A DNA stretch of 64,000 nucleotides from Callorhinchus milii (Eukaryota): positions 868,001-932,000 of the forward strand of contig NW_024704771.1 of the NCBI RefSeq assembly GCF_018977255.1. Direction: 5' to 3'. The translations under genes and the position numbers were made by a program. Numbering within the stretch: the first letter of the stretch is position 1; each line of letters starts with the position of its first letter. The notes under the pieces are model-generated. The model did no database searches and was not told the origin of the DNA. It saw nothing but the letters and a program-made list of their open reading frames with translations. This document shows positions 1 to 12,900 of the stretch, in pieces.

Positions 1-329
1 AGTAGATTTTGATGAAACAACAGTGCTTGTGAAAGTTGAAGGTTTGTTGTGTTTAACCTGTACATTTCCCTATTCTAAGCTCATATTCCCACCCCGTCCC
101 AGTCAATATATTTTCCAGCCTCAGAAATGCACCATAATCTCTACCAGAGCCCCGTGTGAACTGCACAAAGTAATGATTTGTCATTCTGGCTCAATGTGGG
201 CAATTGGCTGCCGCGTAACACCCACAAAATACTCAGTCAATTCACTGTACAGTATATTCTGTGAAGGGCTTTGAGTCGTCTCAAAGACGTGATTAGGCTC
301 TATATCAATTTCATTGGAAGGACTCTTGT

Positions 330-520
330 TGTTTGGTTTAGAGGGTTGTGGGTTGAAGCCCCACATCAGCACCTGAGCTCATAGTTCAGGCTGATACCAC
401 ACTCTGTCACTGAAGGACACTCAGTGTTAGAGGCTGACGTTTGGTGAGACGTGAAAATTGACAGTTTGTACCTGTCTGTTCAGGTGGACATTAAAGATCC
501 CATAAACTGATGGAGAATGT
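330..520 (+). mobile_element. Degenerate SINE (Deu-domain/SacSINE-like core)
   Basis: ggttgaagccccac...ctgttcaggtggacattaaagatccc; homologous to 63240-63430 and to the body of 1255-1440. Confidence 0.55.
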
Positions 521-700
521 AGTGTATTGCAGATTAATTGGCCATTCACTTGATGGTGCAAATGACTGTAACCTTAGCCTTCAAAAGCAGTCACTACAAA
601 TGACTAATTAGGTGTAAAGTACTGAATGTTTTGATTTGATCAATTGTTACAAAAGTTCTGCCTTTGTAATTGTTGATAACACAATGTATTACTGTTACAG

Positions 701-976
701 ACCGCAGACGGCTGCCCTTGATTTCCATGGCAGGTTACCAGGACTCGAGAATTAAACTCACGTGTAAATCAAAAGGCTGGTATCCCGAACCTCGTGTAGT
801 TTGGTTTGATAGGAGTGGAGCAGAGGTGAAAGCCAAGACTGAAACATGCACTCAGAGGTCTGAAGACTGTTGGAAATGTGAAAGTAGTATTGATATAACC
901 AGCGATTCTACAGACAGATTCACGTGTCTGACAAGAAACTTTCTGGAGGAAAACGAGGCAAAGATCCAGGTATCAG
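701..976 (+). CDS. BTN gene A IgC (C2-set) exon
   Basis: ttacag|ACC...TCAG|gtcagt, 276 nt. Encodes [18 protein letters not shown]...FTCL, the typical BTN IgC motif (C..GWYPEP.V.W). Confidence 0.93.
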
Positions 977-3900
977 GTCAGTGAAACATTTGCAAAAATA
1001 TAAGCACTTCAATGCAACGTATTACAGTTCATATTGTGATGTGGAACAATCCACAGCAGCTCCCAATGTTCAATCTGAGGCTTTCATTCTGATTTTCTTT
1101 CAGCCAATTTCATTATAGGATAGTTTGCTATTGTAATTGCAAATAATTAATTACACAACAACAAGATACATGTGTATAGCGCCTTTCACGTGGGGAGGAC
1201 ATCCCAAGGCACTGGACAGTGACAGCATTTCATGTATTACTGAAATACAGCAGTCCTGTAGCTCAGTGGTTAGAGCACTCACCTCGCAAGCGAGAGACCT
1301 GAGCTCGATTGTCGGAGACGCTGTCCTTCAGATGAGACGTTGAACCGAGGACTTTTCTGCTCCTGTTCAGGTGGATTTTAAAGATCCTCTGACACTTTTC
1401 ATGAAGGGAAAGAAGTTTCTCCAGGTATCCTGGCCTACAATCCTGCAGATAAATTTGTCATTCACTACATAACTGTTGGTGGACATTGTGTGCAGAAAAT
1501 TGGCTGCCATGTTAGCATACAAATAAACAGTCACTACATATCACTGTAATGCCTGTGAAACGCTTTGAGACTTCATGAAAATGTAATAAGGTTCTATATC
1601 AAATTAAAGAATGAAAGGATTATTATTAAATATGATACAAAATGTTCCTTATGTTACAGAGGTGTTTTTCCACCGAGGCCCAGACTGGCTGGTGGTTTTC
1701 CTTGTGGCGTTCACTCTTGTGCTTGGAGCAGTTGGTGTGTTGATGTTCTTCTGCAGAAAACGATTGAAAAAAGTTAAAGGTAATAAATGATTTTGAGATT
1801 CCCCCAAAATATAATCTTTACTTTCGTCTTTTATATAATCCATAACATAGTGAGGAGAGCACTGGCAACGTCTTAGTGGCAGTGACAAAGGCGAGAATGA
1901 GGGTTTCCGAGGTGTTGGGTGTGAGGTAGGGGCAGCGGCCGTTGATGTGATGGGTGTGAATTAAGGCAGTTTTGATGAGGCAATGCATGTGAGGGAGAAA
2001 GGAAAGCTGGGGATCAAACCACATGCCATGGTTGTCACTGAGAGAATTAGAGAGAGAGGCCGGGGAGGCTGAGGAGGTCAGAGCCAGAAGAGAGGATGTG
2101 TTGGCAGGAGCCAAAGGTGATGGCTTTAGTTTTATCAAAACAAACAAATTGAGACAGATCTTGAAGGAGGCATGAGAGGGGGTGAGATGATATGGAGTTC
2201 CAGAGGGTGGGGGCAGAGAGGCTGAAGGCTCGCCACCAATGTTTGGGTGGGCAAAGCACGGAATATGAAGCAGGCTTGAGGATGCTGAGTAGAGGGAGCG
2301 GACAGGTAGGTAGGAGGTTAGGAGGTTCAGAGGTAGGGAGTCGCAAAGCCGAGGAGGTGAGGTGAGGATCAGGAGCTTGAACTGTCTCCTCTGAGGCATG
2401 CGGAGCCGGGCGATCATGAGGTTGATAGTGTCGCGGTGCCTGGTGCAGGAGAGGACACAGACTTCAGATTTCTGGACAATCTGCAGCCTGTGGAGGAAGG
2501 AGTTGTGGAGGCCGACAAGCAGGGAGTTTGTGTAGTTGAGCCTGGATGTGATGAACGTGTGAATAAGGGTCTCGAGAGAAGTGGCAGAGCCGGGCAATGT
2601 TGCGGAGGTGAGGAAAAGCGAAGCGGGTCATGGCAACGATATGGGGGATGAAGGACTGTTGAGAGATGAGCAGGACACTGAGGTTCCACTTTGGCTCCAT
2701 GATGTGTAGAGGGCAGCCATAAAGGGTGATGCTGTCAGCGCCCGAGTTATGGAGGCACTGACAGGAGCAATGCAGGACGGCCTTGGTCAACTGGAGAAAG
2801 TTAGCTCTCATCCAGGACTTGATGTCTGACAGACATTCTGTGAGGACAGCAGCAATCCTGGAGTCGAGGTGGAGAGGTGGAGTTGGGTGTCATCACATAC
2901 ATGTGGGAGTTGACTCCATGTCTATGGATGATGTCACCAAGAGGGATCTATACTGAGTTCGAGGAAATTTTGGCTCATCCAGGCCTTGATATCTCACAAT
3001 CAACTGGACAGATCATCAGGGACCTGGGGTCGAGAGTAAATTTTGGGTCATCCACATCCATGTGGGAATTAAGTCCATGTCTGTGGATGATGTTGAGGGA
3101 CAGGGTGACTGTGTTGGCCAGTAGTGGGCAGAGGAAGGGCAATTGGTTGGTGAGCAGATGGGGGGGAGGTTGTTGAGGGAGCAGGTGGGGAGGTTTATGT
3201 TATGAGAAGGAAGATGTGGCCGGGTGTATTTTGTTGATTTTTGTTGTTGAATGTGAAAGGCGCAATATAAATGTCATTTTATTGTTATTATTCTCTATTG
3301 TCTCTCACACATAAAGAGAAGTTGTGGGATAAAAGGCTGGAAATGTTAATCAGAATGTGTCTTGTCGTTTCCAAACTGCAGAAGGATTTGCTCACACAGA
3401 GGGATATGAAGATGTGGAATTCTTTGCCCCAGAAATCTGTGGAGAAGGAATCAATGTGAATGTTTAAATTTAAACAAATAAATTCAGATGGATCTTGAAG
3501 GAGGCATGAGAAGGGGTGAGGTGGGATGGAGTTCCAGAGGGTGGGGCCAGAGAGGCTGAAGGCTCGCCCACCAATGTTGGGGTGAGCAAAGCAGGGAACA
3601 TGAAGCAGGCCGGAGGATGCTGAGTGGAGGGAGCGACAGGTTGGTAGGAGTTTAGGAGGTCACAGAGGTAGGGAGGAGCAAAGCGGAGGAGGTGAAGTGA
3701 AGATCAGGAGCTTGAACTGTATCATTTGAGTCATGTGGAGCCGGGGGATGAAGGTCTGTTAAGAGACGAACAGGACACTGAGCTTCCACATTGGCTCCAT
3801 GATGTGTAGAGTGCAGCCATGAAGGGTGATGCTGTCAGTGCATGAGTTATGAGGCCACTGAGCAATGCAGGACGGCCTTGGTCAACTGGAGAAAGTTAGA

Positions 3901-6900
3901 TCTCATCCAGGACTGACAGACATTCTATGAGGACAGCAGTGATCCTGGAGTCGAGGTGGAGTTTGGTGTCATCACATATATGTGGGAGTTGACTCCATGT
4001 CTATGGATGATGTCACCAAGAGGGATCTATACTGAGTTGGAGGAAATTTCGGCTCATCCAGGCCTTGATATCTCACAATCAACTGGACAGATCATCAGGG
4101 ACCTGCAGTCGAGAGTAGATTTGGGGCCATCCACATCCATGTGGGAATTAAGTCATGTTTAAATGAGAGACAGAGACTTGGATAGTAGAAATATTAATGG
4201 CTTTGGGTAAAGAGCAGGGAGTAGGGTTAAAAATATTAAAATTGGTGGAACAGGCTCGTTGGCTGAATTGTCTCCTTCTGTTCCCCTTTTCCTTTCCGAA
4301 AAGCTGATTTCAATTAGAAATAACCTTAAAGCAGAGTCTTTAATGCACTATTATTTTCACTAATATTTAATAAAATATTGTATTAACATTTCTGCTGGAT
4401 TGTGTCCATTACATTTAGGGGAAACGTCCTACAGTTACTGATAAGGACGACACTAACGATTGTGTCTTTCTTTTCCAGTTTATGAAAATCTAAAAAAGGG
4501 ATTTAAAAATCTGGGTAAGTAACAACATTACAAACATCCCCGAGCCTCAGCCTCCCCGAGAGTCAGGTCCTCGGAGACCTGCCACAAGCCCTTCCTGTGC
4601 TCACTGGTGACCTCAGCATTTACATATACACACACACCCAGACATATACACACACATACCCAGACATATACAGACAACAAGCACACACACACACAGACAT
4701 ATGCACACAACACACACACACAGAATCACAGAACAACCTGAACTAAACCCACCTCCTATGGAATAAAGAAACGTGACAATTCTGTGCAGATGAGGAGAAT
4801 CTCACTGTGTTTGACTGGAGAGAGAAAGTGAAACTTACACTTTAACACAAATTAAATCATTCTGATACAATGAATGAATTAAAAAACATGATGTGAACGA
4901 GTCTCTGAATGTGCATTCCATTCGGTTAGATTCTGTTCCAAAATATTGAACATTTACATCTGCGACTTGAAACAATTTACATTGATACAATGCCTCCATG
5001 CGCCGGGTCAGGGTGAAAGGGGAGGTGACCGTACACACGGTTAAAGAGGAAGGTCTTCAGGTGCGATGAAAAAAAAGAGTGGGGAGTGAGATGGAGGGAT
5101 TGAGACAGGGAGTTCTGTGTGTTTGGTGGTAAGTGGTTGAAGACATGGCCACCAATGGTGGGGCGGAGGGGAGTCAGGGATGAGCAGAAAGCCAGAGCCG
5201 CCCAAATAAAGGGGTGGGTAGAGGAGTGGGGTGTGAGCAGGTCGGAGAGGTAGGGAGGTGCTGGACATGAGGTGATTTGTCAGTGAGTGTGAGGATCTTG
5301 AAATGGATCTGTTCAGTGATAGGGAGCCGGTGGAGCCCGGCAAGGGCTGGAGTGACGGGGTTTGGAGTTTGTTGTGGGTAATGTACCAAATGTTAAGGAT
5401 TATTAATATTATCATTATTCACTTTTTGAGATTGTAAATGTTTAATCAGTTTTGTCAGTTTCTACAGTGCCAAAAATCCCCATTCTTAATGTGAATTATA
5501 ACACAAATTGTGAAATAATTTGGTTTGTTTACTGATTTTATTTCCTTCATTTGATGTGAGCACGTATCCTCCTATCACAGTGAGTTTGGAAAGTTTGAGC
5601 TTAAAGGAAAATAAAGAAACTGAATAAAATAAACCAGATAAGTTTGTTAACTTTTTTTCAAAAATTTAAAATTATATTTTCTAAAACCTTTTCTTTTGTT
5701 TTAAAGATAATGAACTGAAATCTGCCAAACAAGGTACAGTACATTGTGTTATTGGCACTAAGTGTTTATGATGGAATTCCATCAGTGATGATGTCCCATA
5801 AGTGAATCAATCAATGACGACTGACTTCAACATTCAAACCGTCTTCACTCAATGACTTTCAGTCTCGTGAGAAACTTTACATTGCTTATTAATATTTGTT
5901 TCTTCCTTTAGACCAAAAATACATGAAAAAAACACTGGGTAAGTTTTAATCTCCTGGAGCGTGAAATAAGTTTCCTTCTCATCGCGCCTCCCCTTGTTTT
6001 AACCGGATGATTCTGGGAAGGGTCAGTGGGAAAGGGGGTTAGTGAGAACTTTGGATAATGATAAGCTGTGAGGTTTCAGCAGGAAAAACATGAGCAATTC
6101 CCCTCAATCCATCCTCTGTGGACCACAAGCCTTGCTTCTGGACAACCCATGTCTAAACATTAGTAAACCCGGGAGCATGGCGCTGGGGAGAGGGTTCATT
6201 CTGTATCAGACAGACACGGAAACTCTACACACAGTTTGTGGAACTCCGAATAGTTTGGTTTGGAGACTCTTAACCCCAGTGATGGGTTTGTGTGTGTGTC
6301 AGACTCTGACCAAAACTAAGTCCATGTGTTTTTTTTAATTGGTGAAAACAAACTCTGATTGGGATTTGGTGAGATCCTGAAGCCTCAGTGCTGAAGGGTT
6401 GTTTATCAGCTGAATCACAAGACTGTGAATAGGTTCAGTGTGTAACAGTGGGGGGTGATTTGTGGAAATAAACAATCAATAAATATATTGTTTCCTTTCA
6501 GAACTGNAAAAACAATTCACCAAATCAGGTACTTGATGGCTTTATCCTCATTTACTGTTGTTGATGTTATTGATGTAGAATTGTGCTGCTGCTCAAAGGA
6601 TCAATTATTATCAACTCTGATAAAGATAATAAATTAAATGTAAGAAATACGATTATATTAAGATTATAAGCAAAGTTTGACGTGAACTTTCAATGTACAG
6701 TTCAGTCATCTCACATCTACAAATGTGATCAGTTTGTCAGACCCTGTAACCTGGAGAGATCTGAACCCAGATATTGAGTTACATCGATAGATTACAGTAG
6801 AACAGAAGAAATGCTGGAGGNAAAAAGCCCAATATCCATCTAGTTTGCCTTCCACCTTCATGGCAGTCACATGCAAATATGTCCCAAACTACCTGTGTAC

Positions 6901-9900
6901 TATATCCCATAACGTTATTTCCTAAAAGAACATTTCTAATCTGTGTTTGAAAGAATCTACTCAATAATAATAATCCTTGCATTTGATATAGTGCTTTTCA
7001 CATCTTCTAGACGTCTCAAAGCGCTTCACACAATGTACAGTAAAGTGAATTTACTGTATATTTGTGAGCGAAATGCTGCAGTCAATTATGTACAGCAGCG
7101 TCCCACAAACAGTCGAGGATTGAAGTGACCAATTTATTATTATTTTCCTTTCTAGAGGGATTATTATCAGGTGTGTGGAGTAAGGAAACTTGCCCATGGT
7201 TTTTCCCTGTGGGAATTGAACCCAGGTTTCTCGCTTGCAAGGGGAGTGCTCCAACCACTGAGCTACAGGACTCCACAGTGTCATTGGTGAGATCATCCTC
7301 TAAGTACAGACTCACCAATGACCTACAAAGTGACCCGATTACCCCACTATTTCCACTTCCTATTGATCTTTTGATACATCCCAACAACAGATTGTCAGGA
7401 ATAACATACATTGAAGTTTACAAAAGATGAAATTATAAGCAAAATCTTATTAAATTAAAACTTCTGTTTCCTTCCAGAGTGGGAGATCGTTGGCAGTTGT
7501 AAATGTAAGTTACCCCACATTACAGGCTGGTTATACACCCCACATTACAGGCTGGTTATACACCCCACATTACAGGCTGGTTATACACCCCACATTACAG
7601 GCTGGTTATACACCCCACATTACAGGCTGGTTATACACCCCACATTACAGGCTGGTTATACACCCCACATTACAGGCTGGTTATAGACCCCACATTACAG
7701 GCTGGTTAGAGACTCTGCGTTGTCAGTGTGCGGAGGAAGTTGCTCTAATTGACGATGTGTAGAAATTATCAGCAAAATGCAGATTCATTAAGTGATTAGC
7801 AAAATATCACTCATAACCTAATTTTCAGTCTAGTTTCCAGTTGTGTAAAGTGCACACATCACATTGTAGATGTGCATCCCAATAAATACCGTATGTGTGA
7901 CAGGACGGGGTGGGTGTAGCAGAGACTGTTGTGTCAAGTGGGCTCACCATTGCGAGTTGTGTTAGTGACACCCTGATAATGAGCTCCTGAGCCCAGCTGA
8001 TAAACTTGTGTTTTCTCTCAGGCTGCAAGGATCTTCTCGTGGGGTTTGGTAAGAGACTTGATTTAATACAATGCTTCATCACTTCGTTGAGACGTCGCAA
8101 AGCGCTTCACAGAATATACTGCAAGGAGAATTGACTATATTTTCTGGGCAAATCGCGGCTGCTAATTGCACACAGACAGCAGTGTCCCACAAACAGTCAT
8201 GGATAAATGACCAAATTACTATTTTTGGGGAAGGAATTATTACCCCCAGAAAGGGATCCACTAATCGACTAACGATCGGGTTCCTACTTGCTGCGAGGTA
8301 AACAGAGGCAAGTGGAGTAAGGAAACTTGCCCAACGTTTCACGCTGCCAGGAACCAAACCCAGTTCCTCTCTTTCTTCCAAGGCGAGTGCTCTAACCACT
8401 GAGCTACAGGACTCTGGAATATTAGTGCAATAAAGAAAATGATTGTGTAATGACGCATAAACACAACTGTATAAAACAACCTCAATTGAACAAGTTGATT
8501 CAAACTAAATTTTCTTTCATTTCCAGTCAAGTCCAGAATCCACAGTTATGCAGGTAAGACATTAATATAGTATAAATGACATAATTCAGAACTGCTCAGA
8601 TCCCACCCCAGATTTAGCACAAAGATGTACAGACAGAAGGTCCCAGCCTGGTCTGTGCTGAGGTATCTGATCTCAGTCGGGGAGGGAGGGGGCTCTACAC
8701 ATGGCCTCAGGGCCCGGATATGGATGGACAATCAGCCAAAGTCACTGTTCCTCAAAACATTCAGGGATTCCTCCCCCACTCCCATCCCAGCCTTTCTGTA
8801 AATACCGGGTGAGGAGAGGATCAGGCTGTGAGGCCCTCAATGGTTGAATAACCAACCAACACTGGCTGTCTAGACTCTCACATGAACAAGTCACTTGAGA
8901 GAGCTACAGACTAGAACCAGACACAGTGAGTGTGAGCACTGAGCCCGACTCCTCCTCATCGCCCTCTGCACGGTCACTGAAGCTGTGATGCCATGTTGAG
9001 GTTGTAGAGATGTCAGTCCAATCCTGTGCCCCAGGCGCTGGGCACAACAGCTGTTAGTGTGTGACTGGAGAATGGTATGTGACTGTACCTGTGGAAGGTA
9101 CTGATAGACCAAATACTACATACACTGTTACTGTATTTACTACATTACATGGTGTCGTACACACTGTCACCTGTCGTAAAATACTGACTTTATATTGTGT
9201 GAAGGAATCGGATTACTGACCAATAACAGTCAGTTGTCATGACTGGATGCTCATGTGATGTCCTCGTGTGAGTCCCTCTTGACTCAGAACATCAGTGTGT
9301 TTCAACTAACGATGACCACATTATGGTGACATGGTGTTTGCCCACAGCAAACTCTGATCTTGTTGTCTGATCAGCAGCCCATATATTTATGTATAACTAA
9401 CCCCCCTCCCCCCCGATCAATCAACCTGTCCACTCAGTTTCAAGATCTAGATTAGTCCACATCGTCTCTCCCAGAGGGACACCGCACCCAAATCACACCC
9501 AGACCTCACCTACGCCATACACAGATCAAACCCAGACCTCACCTACACCAAACCTGTACTACCCAAACCACAACTACACCACACCCAAACCTCACACAGA
9601 CCACACAGGGCACACAGCTACATGTCTTAATGATAACAGCTGACAACATTCTGCTTTCTTACAGGTTACAAGGAGGTTCTCACAGAATTAGGTAAGGTAT
9701 TTGGGTCAGTTTGATAAAGAGCCATTCTGTCACTCCCCTTTCCCCGAATAAATGTTAAAATATATTAATGGGGAGCGGGAGCGAGGAGGGGAATATAAAG
9801 CAGTTTGGGGAACAGAGAAAATGTGACTGGCAAAACCGTATAAAACCATCCTCATCAAATAAATCTATACCAACTGAACTTCCTTTATTTTACAGAAAAG

Positions 9901-12900
9901 ACCCAATTTGGGTTGTACAGAAGTTATGCAGGTAAGATATTTAATATCATATAAAGTGTGAAATTCAGAAATCCTTGACAGACCACAGGGTAACAATCTG
10001 TATCTGCCACCTGTCTACCAACCGTGCGATCCTATCAGTGCACTCTCACAGAGGTAGGAAGGAGCAAAGCCGTTGAAGGTGAAGATGAGATTTTTGAACT
10101 CGTTCCTGTGGAGGATGGGGAGTCAGTGGAGCCGGGCGAGGGTGGGGGTGACAGGGTTTGGGAGAGGACACAAGCTGCAGAATTCTGGATGATACCGCTC
10201 CACAAAGACCCTCACACACACAATCTCACCCTCTCCCACAAAAACATACACGGACATCCCCCACACACATCCTCACCTCCCCCTCCACATACACACACCT
10301 TCACCTGCCCCTCAGACACATCCTGACAAACAACAACTTGGATTTGTATAGTGCCCTCCATACCGGATGGCGTCTCAGAGCGCTTCACAGTAACAGATCC
10401 TGGTGTCAAGTGAGGGGGAAGAAGGTGACCAAAGGCACGGTCAAAAAGAAAGGTCTTTAGCCGAGACCTAAAAGCAGGAAGGGAGGGCACAAGGCGAAGG
10501 GAGTGAGGAAGGGAGTTCCAGAGCCTCAGGGCATAGTGGCTGAAGGCACAGCTGCCAATGGTGGAGCGGAGGAATCGGGGGACAAGGAGGAGGCCAGACC
10601 CGGTGAAGCGAAGGCAACGGGCACTGTTGTGAGGAGAGAGGTCAGAAAGGTCGGGGCAGAGGAGTGGAGGGATTCAAAGACAAGATGGAGGGATCTGGGA
10701 CAGGCAGCCAGTGTTGGTGTCAGTGCTGTTAGTGTTAGTGTTGGTGTCAGTGCTGTTAGTGTTAGTGTTGGTGTCAGTGCTGTTAGTGTTAGTGTTGGTG
10801 TTCAGTGCTGTTAGTGTTAGTGTTGGTGTCAGTGCTGTTAGTGTTGGTGTCAGTGCTGTTAGTGTTAGTGTTGGTGTCAGTGCCGTCAGTGTTAGTGTTG
10901 GTGTCAGTGCTGTTAGTGTTAGTGTTGGTGTCAGTGCTGTTAGTGTTAGTGTTGGTGTCAGTGCTGTTAGTGTGAGTGTTGGTGTCAGTGCTGTTAGTGT
11001 TAGTGTTGGTGTCAGTGCTGTTAGTGTTAGTGTTGGTGTCAGTGCTGTTAGTGTGAGTGTTGGTGTCAGTGCTGTTAGTGTTAGTGTTGGTGTCAGTGCT
11101 GTTAGTGTTAGTGTTGGTGTCAGTGCTGTTAGTGTTAGTGTTGGTGTCAGTGCTGTTAGTGTTGGTGATTCTGTGTTAGTTTTGATTGTTTAATTATGAT
11201 GTGAAGCCGACGTCACTTATTGTAACTCTGCGGTTCCCCTGTGACCCCCTCACGTCGCGGCTTTATACCCACTGCTCGGCCTCGGCTCCGCCCCGCGCTC
11301 TCCTGACTCCACTCCACACCCTCACATCCCCCACAAACACAATCACATCCCCCAACAGACACACCCTCAGCCCCCAACACACACGCTGACACACCGCCCC
11401 ACACACACCCACATCCCCCCCACACATAAACACTCACATCCCCCCAACACAGTCTCACATCACCGCAACACACACCCTCACATCCCCTCCACACACACCA
11501 TCACATTCCCCACCACATACCCACTCATATCCCCCGCCACACATACACCCCCTCACATCCCCCTCACACGCACCCTCACAGCCCCCCACACACGCACGCC
11601 CTCACATCCCTCTCTCACACACAACCTCTCCACACAACCTCTCATCCCCCCAAACATACACCCTCACATCCCCACCGCACCTACATCCTCACATTCTCTG
11701 ACCACATACATCCTCACATCCCCCCCTAACACATACACACTCATATCCCCCGCCCACACACACACACCCTCACATCCCCCCACAGACACACACTCTGCCC
11801 CACAAACACACACCCTTGCATCCCCCTCACACACACCGTTACATCTCCCCACATGCACCCTCACATCCCCCTATAAGCACTCTCACATCCTCCCCACACA
11901 CCCACACCTCCCCCACACACTCATACACCCCCCACCACATACACACCCTCATACCACCCCCAGATACACACCGTCACATCCACCCCCAAACACACCATCA
12001 CATCCCCCCAACACAGACTCACACCAACCCCCAAACACACAACCTCACATCTCCCCCCACACAGACACCTTCACATCCGTCCTGAAACACATCATCACAG
12101 ACGCCCCCACACAGCCACAGTCCCCCCACACAGACTTTCACATCCCCCCCACACACAAACACTCACATCCCCCAACACAGTCTCACACCACTCCAACACA
12201 CACCCTCACATCCCCTCCACACATACACACACACACATCACCCACACACACACACACATCACCCACACACACACACACTCATATCTCCCATCCACGCATA
12301 CACACCTTCACATCCCTTCAACTCAGCCTCACACCACCACCCCACACATACACACCCTCACTTCCCCCACATACAAACCCTCACATTCCCCACACACACG
12401 CTAACATTCCCCCCACATGCACCCTCGCATTCCCCCACACGTACCCTCACCCCCCCAACACACACCCTCACACTGCCCCCCTATACACACCCTCACATGG
12501 CACCCCCACATGCACCCTCACATCACCCGCCACACACACCCTCAAATACGCCCACCCAAACAACCCTCACATCCCTCCCACGGACGCACCCTCAGCCCCC
12601 CGATACATACCCTCACACCCCACCCAAATTCACATCCCCCACACACGCTCACATCCTCTCCACACACCCTCACATCCACCCAACACAGACTCACACCAAC
12701 CCCCAAACGCACAACCTCACATTTCCCCCACACACACCTTCACATCCGACCCGAAACAGACCGTCACAGCCCCAAACACTCTGACATTCCCACATACTCA
12801 CACCTTCACCTTCCCCCCCACACACCCTTACGTCCCCCCCTCACACACCCTCACGTCCCCCCCTTCACACACCCTCACATCCCCCCCCACACACACCCAC

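Noticed and set aside
10503-11193. (VSAVSVSVG)n / (VLLVLVLVS)n ORFs
   Set aside because: Translation of a 27-bp intronic VNTR.
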